A stretch of DNA of 64,000 nucleotides. Origin: Antedon mediterranea. Taxonomy: Eukaryota; Animalia; Echinodermata. The notes beneath the pieces are model-generated. The model ran no database searches. It had not been told where the DNA came from and was given only the letters and a program-made list of their open reading frames with translations. Position 1 is the stretch's first letter; the number at the start of each line of letters is the position of its first letter. Of the stretch, positions 29,045 through 40,699 are shown one piece after another. The stretch spans positions 3,860,422-3,924,421 of the forward strand of contig NC_092678.1 in assembly GCF_964355755.1 (NCBI RefSeq), in the 5' to 3' direction. The position numbers and the translations under genes were made by a program.

Positions 29045-30551
29045 ACAATATAGTTCTTTAATAAAGAAACAAATCTAAATATTTGTTGATGATAAATGTC
29101 TTGTTATTATCAAATGGAAAGAACGTCTAAATAAAGACTTCATAAATTAATTAGACCGTGTAATTATAAATTAAGTTGGTATTGATTAGTTGGTCTTTTT
29201 GTATACACAAGAATGTATGTGTGTGTTTGTGTACGAGATGTTTCACAGGTTTTGCCTTCGAGTATTGTATTAGTATATTCAGCAATGATGGGCTTAAAAT
29301 AGTAACTACTTTAGTGAACCATATAGTACACACTGCAGGGATGGAAATAAACGGTTATCAGTTTTTAAAGCCATGATAAAGATAGAGATGACCAATGAAA
29401 AATGTATAAACAAATGACTGAAATTTTAAGCAACGGTTCGCAGTCTTATGTACGGCAACTAAAAAGGGTTGGTCCTGAGGGCAACCAAGTAAAATTCCAT
29501 TGTTCAATACAACAGTACAGGTGTCAGATGTTTGATCATAGAAGACAACCAAACAAAACAAACAAGGCCATATACATGTGGCTGCAGTCGCGTAGTGCTC
29601 AAATTTGAATTAGTATTTACTGACCGACTAACCAACCGACCGACATAGTGAGCTGTAGAGTTGCGTAAAAATGATTCTGAGAGACCTGAACATGGCATGT
29701 GGGTCAGTTGATGCATCTATCCAATCTCAGTAAAATAGTAAGATATACCCTACTGCTCACCGAATAATTCAAACATCGCACCTACTAAATCTAGTGTATT
29801 CTATACACATGTTGAAGTGTGCATAAACAGTTCAACCATCCAATGTGGATTTTGATTGATGCAGCGAACAATGGGGTTGTTAATTTAGATTCATGAGGCA
29901 CAACACAAGCAAGACATTACTGTTGATTGCCATAGCGAAACGATTGTAACACTTATTAACATGAATTCTTGACAAACCTTAATAACTAAGAAAAGCACAT
30001 GTATTTGCATATGTAACGCTCCTCTCGACGAACATGTATGATTTATATAACAAAAACTGGACACGTTTTTCCTGACTCACAATACTGTATCTTGTTTTCG
30101 GAAACTCATTTTAAAAAGTAGGGAGAAAAATGTGAACTGGCTAGTTGTTATGGTTCTGGTTAGATGCCCATGTGGAAAATTCGGTCTTTCATCATTGTTT
30201 TTTCCTACATATTAATACAAAGCTTAGCAGGATAATTTCATTAATATTATATTTTACAAAACATGACTATCCGTAACTGGATTCAGGCCCACCTGAGATG
30301 GACTACAACCTATTTCGACCTTTTGAATTGATGTGACATGCAGTGTTAGTGCACATGTGATGCAAATTTAAGGATGAAAGAAAAAACACTTGAGAGACGC
30401 CGACGAGAACAATGCAATGTTTTTCCCTGCCAGCCTAATCTGAACAATGTTATCGGTATTCTGTATTTAATGCTTGTTCTAATATCAGCTGAACTTAGAA
30501 AACACATGAACAATAACTTAACAGAATAAAATACATCCAACAGTTATTGTT

Positions 30552-30864
30552 GAGTGAGTGAATGGCCGAGCGGTTAAGACAGTGGAACCGTAATTACGTA
30601 GCCATAACATCGGCAGGGGTTCGAGGCTCACTCACTCCATGGTTTTGGTGGTAGAACGAGTCTTCTCGGATAAGGACTATAAACCGTAGGTCCAGTGTAC
30701 ACATCTAGCTCGTGTGCACTTTAAAGAACCTAGTACATCTTTCGAGACGAGTAGGGGGCTACCCCGGTGTATTAGTACATCACAGCCACTGATCACCAAC
30801 TGGGCCCTCTGGGAGACCAGTCTTTGACTGAAGAGGTTACCCAGTATAAATATAAATTTCAATC
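30552..30864 (+). mobile_element. tRNA-derived SINE with Deu/Nin-type central domain
   Basis: tRNA-like head with A box TGGCCGAGCGG, B box GGTTCGAGGC and gagtgagtg/cactcactc stem. Central tcggataaggactataaaccgtaggtcc...gcactttaaagaacc...gagtagggggctaccccggtgt resembles the Deu/Nin conserved core. AT-rich tail ending ttcaatc. Confidence 0.8.
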
Positions 30865-31757
30865 AGTTGTATCCATATACCTTTTAATTTTCAATCTATG
30901 TTATGTTATATTGCACTGTACCTTTAAGATACCGTATTCTAAAAATAGCCAGCTTATGAATAAGATATGGAGCAAAATAAATTACACTACTCGAATGATA
31001 ACCTTACATATAGTGTCTCACAATAGCGGCGTCTCAACGTTTAAAGCATCTAGTAAATACAGTTCACAAAAAGACAATTTTCTGCAATACTATTGTGTGT
31101 TACATAATATATTAAGATGGCAAAAGAAAGAGTAATAATATGCAAAATAATGATCATCACTTACAATTGCCCAGGCTAACAGTGTCTGGATAAAAAAATA
31201 TCCTGAAAATAGCAAAACGTGGATGCAGCAGCAAGGGAGTTAATTCCAATAGACGCACTCACTAGCTTCAGATGTACGCGGGTTGACTTTGAATACAAGA
31301 CCTATTCATAATACTACATAATTAACAAATCAATATTTGCCAATGGAAGCTCACGGTTTTCACTACGTACGCGGAACAAGTGACATGCTAGGAACTACTC
31401 AGGCGTGAAAATGTAGTTTCATTCTTAAGGTTGACATAAGATGTGTAAGAATGAATTCGTTTCTATCAATTTTATTATTCCAAGTTTGAATATAAAATTT
31501 TATGCAGGAAAATCTCCAGAGATATATTCATTTAAATTCATTTAATTTAATTAAACTTATCCTATGAATAACTCAATGCAAGATTATATTTTTATTAATT
31601 CTATCATTATCAGTGAAATTTTTATTGTGAAAATTGTTATGAAAATAAATCCAATTGTATTTATGAACATTAGTAAGATCTCCATGACTATTGACCAAAT
31701 TATGCAAATGAATATTGATAAGATCAAATTTCATTTAATTGATTGGTTCAGTTATGT

Positions 31758-32047
31758 TTATGAATATTCACAAAGACCAATTCTGTTAATATTCACAAGG
31801 ACCAGTTCATGAATATCCACAAGGACCAATTCTGTTCCTGAATATTGACAGGAACCAATTCTGTTCATGAATATTCACAAAGACCAATTCTGTTCATGAT
31901 TATTCACAAAGACCAATTCTGTTCATGAATATTCACAAAGACCAATTCTGTTCATGAATATTCACAAAGACCAATTCTGTTCATGATTATTCAAAAGGAC
32001 CATTTCTGTTCATGAATATTGACAAGGACCAATTCTGTTCATGAATA
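31758..32047. repeat. 29-bp minisatellite, ~10 copies
   Basis: Unit ttcatgaatattcacaaagaccaattctg, period 29 (31861, 31890, 31919...). Confidence 0.95.
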
Positions 32048-32744
32048 ATTCAAAAGCCCAGTAATTAATTGCACCACCTCCAGCATTACATCAGTTGTCT
32101 AAAAATATATTAAAATGTCACAACAGTCGGGAAATGCTATTTAAATCTTGATTAAAATCGTAACGTGTTAATTGAAAGTTCATTGAAGACTACGAGAACA
32201 AAAGCCAGTGTGTATACTGTTTTTTTCCCATAAGTTAGAGAGAATACTGTTTATTGATGATATATTGGGAATCTATAGATGCATTTCATTGCCTCATCCT
32301 TTGAATGGGACATAAAGCTGTGTACATAAAATGTGCATGCAAGAAAGAACACTATTAAAAATGAGTAGATCGATGTTTCAATGATTTTGCACTGTGGCTG
32401 CCATGGGTCTATAGATATAATTCGTTAAAATAAATCTAGCCAATTGGACTTGGGCTACTATATACGGACAAAATTGGTTGCTGGAGTTAATGGAAAAAAT
32501 GGATGCAACAAGAATTGTTATCTATGTATACAAAAAAAGTGAGGCAATCCAAACTGATTCAATATTTCAAACTTTATTTTTTTTACATCTCATTTAAAGT
32601 TAAATGACAAAAATTATATAATTTATTAGCCTAATTATTCATAAGGTCTAATGCTATTCAGCGACATTTTTTTTCTTGTGTGTATTAATTCAGTAATTTA
32701 ATATTTTGTATTTATTATTTATTAGATAAATTGTATCATACTTG

Positions 32745-32890
32745 AATATAATGGCCAAATCTATACATTATTCTATCCTGAGGACGATCAAAGCATATTG
32801 ATCGAAACATCGAGAACTGCGTCGAGAAACTCAACAGTTCTTTTCAGAACTAATACACATGGTGTTCCGCAAACTTTATATCAACATCAT
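32745..32890 (+). mobile_element. Short dispersed repeat with hammerhead motif (PLE/retrozyme-like), copy 1
   Basis: CUGAGGA-C-GAUCAA(AGCAUA)UUGAUC-GAAA-CA-UC-GAGAA at 32778-32816; tail ttcagaacta...ccgcaaactttatatcaac shared with the copy at 39050-39170. Confidence 0.7.
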
Positions 32891-35063
32891 TCAATTCGTT
32901 TGTCAAAACCTAATTCATACAATTGAATATGTAATTATTTTGGCAATCATTTTGAATTAAGTTAATATAAAATCAGCTGTATTTGCATATTCATTTAAAT
33001 GTATCCAAGTATGTAAATATGAAATTCAGTGTCAAGTTGTAGTGGCAGCTACAGTAGTACGGATGTCTTACAATATGGTTGAAAAAATGCTATATTGGAA
33101 ATGTGACATTAAATATAATCAACTATTTAAATTTAAATATATAATACTTTGTGTATATACATATGTATATTTGTATAAATGTTAATTTGCATAGAACATA
33201 TGTTGTTAAGCTGTAATATTCTCATTATTTAAGTTTTCCATATGCCCAGAAAAGGAAACAGTTGTTGAACCAAATACTTCATCCATTTCTATACATAAAA
33301 AATGTATTTAAATCAAAATCTATTAATTTAATTTAATACTTAATAATTTAAAGTAATACAATAAATACCTGTATAGTATGTACATTTTCATTACTATAGT
33401 ATTTAAATTATAAAACATTGTGAAAACTGTTCAATTTCCTCTCAACTGACAATATACAAAAACTGTGGAGGTCACAAACATTGAGGCGTCCGCACTGGAG
33501 TTTGTATAGTGTGTGTCTGTACCGCGTTTGTGCAACAAATTGTGAGTTTTGCTTGGCAATGTGAAAGGAGTATTAGACTTGTTTTTGGTCAATTCTATAG
33601 CCATTATCTGACAGATTTTCTCCCTCAGCAGTTATCTCCATTTTTTGGACAATAAAGGTATTGTAGTACCCAGTAACCTTTTTTGATTTGATTTCCAAAA
33701 TGTATTTATATTTTATTAAAGTAACAATTAAATGTTATCTCCAAACAGTAACTTGAATTTTGTTATATGTATTAAAAAAACAAAACTGAATCGAAATGTT
33801 TCTACTCAATAAAAATATATATATTCAGTTTAATGGCCAGTACTTAATTTAAACAGTAACATTATTTAACATAATTGATTGATGGTGCAACTTGACCCTT
33901 TTAAACTGCACGCAATCTCATCTAGGATTTTTTATTGCCGCAAACCGTACTGAAAGTTATATTACAGCCATCATTTCAATCACCAGTCATTATTTATGTT
34001 AATAGCAGTCAGGCCTTGAATTTTCATATTATTCTTACGATATTTAATCAATGACTCTTAAAAAGAAATTTCAAGGATTTGCCAATATTTCTAGATTATA
34101 TTTTTCTACTTTCTAAATCTAAAGTAGGTTATGAAAACAGGTTTGAGTACAAATACAATTAATGTTTTTGTTAAATAATGCAACAATAGCAACATAAAAA
34201 GAGCAAAATATTAAAGATTTACTATTAGGTTTATTAGGATTAAAATAATTATTTCATTAAACAGAAATTAATACAGACTTGTTTTCATTGTTTTCTAACT
34301 ACCTAGTTAGAGGTCTGTCTTTGAGGGCATTTTGTAGCGGATTCAGTATGGGATTCCGAGACCTAAACAATTATAAAATAACATTTTGTGATTATTCTAA
34401 TTTTTTACATTTTGCATTGTATTTTCCTAAATTTAATGGGGTAAAGTAATTTTTTTTAAAGCGAATTTTGTGAGGCTCAATACAGCTACTGTATTTTTTT
34501 TTTCTGTTTGTTTAATTTGTTATGCATCTGTAATTTGGTTACTTAGAAAATAGTAAATTTAGGCTTGAATGCCACAAATGGTATAACTATGATTAAATAA
34601 ACACTGCATCTCCACACTAAAATTGAATTTATGTTAAAAATGAATTCTGTCACATATGACAGCTTAGTACTAATTACGGCATTCCTCAGCAAGTGTTTGC
34701 AATTCTATATCTACAGCAATGAGATGAAAGATATCTAATAATACACTGAATCATCAAATGCGTTTATGTCCAAAATTGTATGTCAAGAGTGTCAGAAGCT
34801 ATGATGAAATATGACATATGATAGTTTACTAATAGGAAAATGCCTAGTTTATAATTACAACCATCCCTCTAATTATAGACCACTATTTTAAGATAATGAT
34901 GTTGACACAAAATGTCGGTAGCCTATAACATAGCAAAGCTTCTAAAACAATAAAAAGTCATAACATTTCTGGAATTTAGTATTTTAAGAATCAAAGAAAC
35001 TAATTCCTAAAAGAACTATGGCATGCAGACACATAAAATCAATTTAGAATTGTGCAATTGTTA

Positions 35064-35226
35064 AGCTCTGTCTAAACTATCTAACTACTTTGAAAACAAA
35101 ATTGTGATGTACCCAAATATGGTAGTGATATGCTTAAAAATGGTAGTGCTAAGACATAATCATGTCCATATATATGGGCACATCACATATTTTTGTCACA
35201 TAAAGTTTGATAGTGTAGACAGAGAT
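35064..35226. mobile_element. Harbinger/PIF-like MITE (copy 2)
   Basis: agctctgtctaaactat...atagtgtagacagagat; same family as 11288-11413. Confidence 0.7.
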
Positions 35227-36038
35227 TTAGGACAAAAATGTGATTTAAACATTACAAAGTGCTCTGGTATCCCAGTATCCAATCCACAGTTATTATTAGC
35301 AACACAACTAATGCAAAGCCTCCGTTACATTCTTGGTTAAGTCAGGCACTCCAACCTGTCTTTACAACAAGCATTAAAACAATACTATCAAATATTTATA
35401 TATTTCCTTGAGAACGGCTAAAAGTGCATAGATTTTATCACAAATGCAAAAGAAAATCCAACCACCAATTACAAGATTTCACAAACGTAAAAATTATTTC
35501 TAAAAGTCAAGTTATAAATAACCTTAGACTGGTTTTAGAGAATAAGTTAGTAAAACTTTGATTCAAAACAGAACAAGATCTCTGAATTTTGATTTCAAAA
35601 AAAGAAAGTGCTTCTATTGAAAGGAACTTTTACCACCTATTAATTACTAACATTTCAAAAGCATATAATAATATGGTGTCTATAAAAAAGAAAACCATAG
35701 ACACACTGCAAGCATGCAAACAAAACAAAAAAAAAAGGCTAATTTCTACAGTTAAGAGTTATTCAAAGCATGCATGAAAACACAAAAACAAAATTACTTC
35801 CACCGCACACAGTACTAAATTTCTTTAGCACCTTTTACTTACCAATTTGAAATGCCAAACCTACAAATATGGTAGTACACATGTTACTGTAAAATATCGT
35901 ATTGCGTAGGTAGCCTAGACAACACAAAGATTTTAATGTCACCTGAACAGTTTTAATAAAACGGTGATTGATGTTTCATGAACAGGATACATAAGGGTAA
36001 CATCATTTACAGTGTTAATGTACGATTTTTTTTAAAAA

Positions 36039-36178
36039 GGGAGCTTTCGATTTTTGACGACCTAGGAACGAGCTAGGTCAGGTCAACCTAAAAACCATTA
36101 AAATTGTGTTGTGGTGGGAAGAGAGGAACTTTACCGCATACGAATAATTAGTTAGGTCTTCGCAAATCAAAAGCTCCC
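36039..36178. mobile_element. MITE with ~27-bp imperfect TIR
   Basis: gggagctttcgatttttgacgacctag versus reverse complement of the right end gggagcttttgatttgcgaagacctaa. Confidence 0.65.
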
Positions 36179-36261
36179 CATTATCAGTTAAAAGAAAATT
36201 CATGCTACATAAACATAAATTGTTAGTTGAGCAAGCATCTTACCAGTATGATTGGCATTGT

Positions 36262-36346
36262 TCAGAAAATTGTACCAAGTGCATCAAACCATGTGATTAA
36301 GCTTGGGTCAATGCTGGTCAACCGGTCAAACTCTGCAAGACCAATC
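36262..36346 (-). CDS. ZZ/EF-hand protein exon 11 (stop)
   Basis: RIGLAEFDRLTSIDPSLITWFDALGTIF*. Confidence 0.88.
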
Positions 36347-39300
36347 CTAAAAAACCAAGATGTATTTTCATCATCATGTGAGTCCCCAATTGCAATAAAT
36401 GTTTAATCTAATCATATGTGGAGAGAAGGAATTATTTTCTGTGCACACAAGTCAGGTGACATGCTTTGCGCACAAGTCAGGTGACATGCTTTGCACACAA
36501 GTCAGGTGACATGCTTTGCACACAAGTCAGGTGACATGTTTTGCAAACAAGTCAGGTGACCTGCTTTGCACACAAGTCAGGTGACCTGCTTTGTACAAAT
36601 AGCTCTTTCATTTATCATTACCTGCCCTTGTCATCTAATCTGGCTATCTTGAATACATTCTCTACCATCTCCTCAATTGCATCTTGACACATGGCCTCCA
36701 TTACTGGCCACATGTCTTCTCTGAAGAAGAAGTAATCAAACATTAGTATACTGTACAAACGCCAATAAAGGATGACTGGCTACAACCTAAAACATAACAT
36801 TGCCAAAGTAATCGCAACCTCTGTTAGCGGTTTTCTTTGCCTACTAACCACCTCTAAAACAACCGTAAAACATTGAAAATAACCACTAGTTAGAGGATCT
36901 TGAATCAATTCAATTACACACCTGAAGTGTCAAACGCTCCATTTGCATTTCTAGAAGAAATTTTTTTATTTGGTTGCGTACCTTGTACCTGGATTGCTCG
37001 GTAGAGGCATCTTGGAATTATAAGCGAGGGTGAAATCTGAACCTCTTGGGATTGGTGCGCTAAACATCGATGAAACAGGACGTCCTTTGTTGTCATCAAA
37101 ATTTATCATCTAACAAAATTTATGTTTGAAATATATAAAACAAGAAACCATAACATTTTTCAACAGTGGATTTGAGCCTTTCTTTCTCTTAACTTGTGAG
37201 TGAAGCCATTCGCCAACAAAACTGCTGTACGAGATCTGTGAATATTCACTATCATTATATTATTACAGTATATAAATCCAATTATTTATAGTTTATTTAT
37301 ATTATTTTATTTTGTTATTACCATTTCTTCTTCACATGCTTTCACAACATCTCTTACTAGCTCAATTGTAACATAAAAATATGCTTTGAAAATCTTGCGC
37401 AAGTTATCTCTGCTCAGTGCACCCAAGTTCTCAAGATCGTAACCTTCAAAAACATCTAAGAAAAAAAAAGACAAAATAGATACAATAATTGTCGTTTCCT
37501 CTGTTAGTTGATATGAAATCAAAAGTAACTAACATATTATTAAATATTGGTAACATTAATCAATCACATGGACACAGAATGCCATATACAATAATAAAAA
37601 TATACTTGCATTTCAATTTATCTTTTATGGTTCCTTTCACAAGAACAGAAAGACCATGAACATATTCAGTGAAGTTAATGTAGCCATCTCCATCTGCATC
37701 ATAAAACTGAATAATAATGATGCAATGATAATAAAGCAGAAGTATATCGGAATAGCATAGGTGTGTTGATCATGGTCCTATACTGGACTCTCTGAGAGAA
37801 GTCATGTACTAAAGAGGTCACCCAGTTTAAAGAAATAAATCAAAACACTGTTTTGTGTTTGTGTAAACAGAACTTTATTTAATAATAATATTTATTACAC
37901 AAACAAACATATTAGTACAAGCAGCGACATATACAGATGGAATATGTTACTGCAACAAGATTTTACCTTAAACATTCTGTCCATAAGTAAGTTCTTCTCA
38001 ACCCCGAGTGAGCCTAGACATTGATCAAACACTTCTCTTGTTATGCCCTGCTCTTTGGTACATATAATAAAATACTGGATGTACAAGGCTTCAATCTCAA
38101 AATGGTCAACTACAATCAGGAAATTACAATCAAGAAATTAACAACGTATTGTACTGTATAATACAGTCAGTACTCCTCCAGACTTTTAAGATATCATAGA
38201 CCTACATATATACTATGTAAATCATAAATCAGCCCAAGAAGTTTATAAGCAAGTTTACTAGTTTTGAAAGAAAGCAGAGACACAGTATAAAAATATCTTA
38301 AGATAGCAATATTGGTATCAGTGAGCAAAAGGGTGTTCAGGAGAAACAAAAACGGCCATTAAGCAAAAAAAAAAAACTCGCCAGCCCGGAGAGACAGGCA
38401 GCACTGGGAGATATGACTTATGCCTGTGTATCGTATCATGGTCAAGGACTGTGTGCATCTCATCTGCTACGCCCCTACGATCCTCTAGGTCATGGACAGC
38501 TAGAACAAAATATCAAGACCTCCAGTAATATATGTTAAGGTTTTCATTCAACTTTCAAGTTATTTGTTTCCATGTTTTGAAGGGGGAAAAACCACTCCTA
38601 CTTACAAAATGTTTCACTTTTTAATTTACACAAGTCATCCCAAGTTAGTTCTTGCTTATTATATTCTTGGCCTAAAATTGAAAACAAATATTATTGTCAA
38701 TTCAGAATAGTTAGTATGTTAGAATACACAAGGTCTCAAGACAAATATAATAGACGATTGGAGGGGGTTTAAAATACTGTAAAGAATATCAACAGTTTTT
38801 TATAAACAACATTTCTTTAGTTTTAATTTATGTCAAAGGAAACGTGTGTTATTGAATTACATACCAGGGTAAAAAGGTTTCATTAAAATGTTTCTAGGAT
38901 TAGCCAATGGTGGAATAGGTATCTTGATCTTCATAAAGGTATGCGTTTTGTTGTGTGAATCATGCGGTTCACATCGTTCACAAACATCATAATCAACGCA
39001 GTTGGAACACTATAAAAAGTATTATTTTAAAATATTAGGAATTAAAATTGTTGATATAAAGTTTGCGGTACACGACGTATAATAGTTCTGAAATCAATAT
39101 GCTTTGATCGTCCTCAGGTGTGAGAATGTTTGGTTTACCGTATCAACATTTGATTTCGCCATGCGAACCTTCAAACAATAAATTATAAATTGACAACAAA
39201 AAAATATTCTCTACCTTGTATCTGATGCCACAGATTGGATTGGCACTGCATGTATTACAAGTGATTCCACGATGAATTATGCCCTCTATAGAAAACAAAA

Positions 39301-40208
39301 AAAACAATGAATATCATGTGGTGTTTAGTATTGCCTTTTACACTATTTGTAATTCATGTCTTAAAAAAGAAAGAAATAAGGTTCCGAGTGTCTATGCTTT
39401 GTAGTAAGTCAAGGACCAGAAAGCAATTGAGGAAGCACATCCTAATGTTCCTGTATGTGCACAATGAACTATGACCCAACTAATTTTGGGTCAAAGGTTG
39501 TTGAAAAATCAAATCTCCATATTACCTGTGCGAGATTGATCCTCAGCAATATTAAACAGCAGATTAAACAAACTTTGATTATCCTGATGGACGTAAAGAC
39601 CACCTGCCTGAGGACTTCCAATCTCTTCCGGTGGAATTTCGTGCGAGGGTGTGGCAAGCAAAGAATGCTGTGTGCTTATCATAGTGTCTGTTGGTCTGAA
39701 AGAACGTGCTGGGGTAGTTAGGAGTACGTCACCAACTTGCCGATTACTTGTGTTCAGACTAGGACTGTTGTCTATCTCACTAGTGTGGATTATTTCACCA
39801 GCATCTGAATAGATAAAAAAAATGCTAAACAATCAACTGTAATATTGCTCAAATATTATGTTCCAAGTTGTCGAGCAGGTGTCTGTTCGAAGGGCATTAC
39901 TGTATGAATTGAGAATAACTCCATAAGATAAAAATTTCATTTGGTCTAAAATAAAATGCGATTCTGGTAGTTTATTAAGAGAGCAAGGATGCAGTATGTG
40001 GGTCTGGTGAATGTCAAAATGTTAAGGAAGTGTTTGAAATAATTTATAAATAAATGGCCCTTTAAAACAAATACATCAACGATTGATGTTTATTACCTAT
40101 TATTTTATTATCTAGCTTCTTAAACTTTTTCCAGTTTGAAAAAACCATAGCACCTGAAACCCCAGCAGCTATACCTACTGCTAAAGTCCCAATGTATTTC
40201 AGATCCAT
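36262..40208 (-). CDS. ZZ-type zinc finger and EF-hand protein with N-terminal signal-anchor (~452 aa, 11 coding exons)
   Basis: join(complement 40097-40208, 39526-39804, 39215-39285, 38865-39009, 38606-38671, 37967-38109, 37610-37706, 37322-37455, 36982-37109, 36622-36720, 36262-36346) = 1359 nt, open and phase-consistent. ZZ finger HRGITCNTCSANPICGIRYKCSNCVDYDVCERCEPHDSHNKTH; canonical EF loop DADGDGYINFTE; second EF YVFEGYDLENLGALSRDNL; ends WFDALGTIF*. Confidence 0.92.
36442..36594. repeat. 25-bp minisatellite, ~6 copies, intronic
   Basis: Unit gcacacaagtcaggtgacatgcttt, period 25. Confidence 0.95.
36622..36720 (-). CDS. ZZ/EF-hand protein exon 10
   Basis: REDMWPVMEAMCQDAIEEMVENVFKIARLDDKG. 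Confidence 0.88.
36982..37109 (-). CDS. ZZ/EF-hand protein exon 9
   Basis: MINFDDNKGRPVSSMFSAPIPRGSDFTLAYNSKMPLPSNPGT; donor GTACGC chosen by phase. Confidence 0.8.
37322..37455 (-). CDS. ZZ/EF-hand protein exon 8
   Basis: YVFEGYDLENLGALSRDNLRKIFKAYFYVTIELVRDVVKACEEEM. Confidence 0.9.
37610..37706 (-). CDS. ZZ/EF-hand protein exon 7 (EF-hand), GC donor
   Basis: FYDADGDGYINFTEYVHGLSVLVKGTIKDKLK; donor GCAAGT. Confidence 0.9.
37967..38109 (-). CDS. ZZ/EF-hand protein exon 6
   Basis: FDHFEIEALYIQYFIICTKEQGITREVFDQCLGSLGVEKNLLMDRMFK. Confidence 0.9.
38606..38671 (-). CDS. ZZ/EF-hand protein exon 5
   Basis: GQEYNKQELTWDDLCKLKSETF; donor GTAAGT. Confidence 0.88.
38865..39009 (-). CDS. ZZ/EF-hand protein exon 4 (ZZ finger C-half)
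   Basis: CSNCVDYDVCERCEPHDSHNKTHTFMKIKIPIPPLANPRNILMKPFYP. Confidence 0.92.
39050..39170 (-). mobile_element. Short dispersed repeat with degenerate hammerhead motif, copy 2 (intronic)
   Basis: Reverse strand ctgaggacgatcaaagcatattgat-ttcagaacta...ccgcaaactttatatcaac matches 32778-32886, with the GAAA/cleavage segment deleted. Confidence 0.7.
39215..39285 (-). CDS. ZZ/EF-hand protein exon 3 (ZZ finger N-half)
   Basis: EGIIHRGITCNTCSANPICGIRYK. Confidence 0.92.
39526..39804 (-). CDS. ZZ/EF-hand protein exon 2
   Basis: DAGEIIH...QSLFNLLFNIAEDQSRT; AG/GT flanks. Confidence 0.88.
40097..40208 (-). CDS. ZZ/EF-hand protein coding exon 1 (signal-anchor)
   Basis: MDLKYIGTLAVGIAAGVSGAMVFSNWKKFKKLDNKII; donor GTAATA, phase 1. 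Confidence 0.8.
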
Positions 40209-40274
40209 CCTGTTCAATAAAAAGAAATAATGTCATTCAAAGTTTAGAAATTTTCCTTAAATATAGGCCTAGCG

Positions 40275-40584
40275 GTAGTAGGATGATTTGGCCCAACATG
40301 GTGCTTCAGCCGTCATTTAAATGAAATAACCTTTTTTTTTATGTATTCTTCGATAATTAATGTTTCATTCAACCAGTCCAGGAATCAATTCAACATGGCT
40401 AAAACACACAAACAATTTAAAATGTAATTTTCCTAATATCATCAGGCATAAAATAGAACTGAATACATATAATATAATTGTTAGTTTAAACACTACGTTT
40501 CGGCTTACTACAAAGTTGTATGTTGCGGGCAAAAAAGTGGGCCGAATCGTCCAACGAAATATGGGCCGAATCATCCCGGCTTAC
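40275..40584. mobile_element. Probable MITE with sub-terminal GGGCCGAATC(G/A)TCC repeats
   Basis: ggatgatttggccca at ~40281 is the inverse of tgggccgaatcatcc at ~40562; the motif is tandemly duplicated at ~40538. Confidence 0.5.
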
Positions 40585-40699
40585 TAGGTGAGATCTACGC
40601 GGCGACGCAGGTGTCTACACCAGCCTAGAGGCTAGGCCTAGGCCTAGCTAATAAAACTACGACTACTACTAGCACGTCGATGGTCTAGGCCTAGGTAGC

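Noticed and set aside
30552-30640. Possible tRNA gene
   Set aside because: A and B boxes are present but the anticodon/variable region is non-canonical and it runs into a SINE body; treated as a SINE head.
31758-32047. 29-bp regularly repeated unit resembling a CRISPR array
   Set aside because: Head-to-tail repeats without unique spacers, no cas genes, eukaryotic context: a minisatellite.
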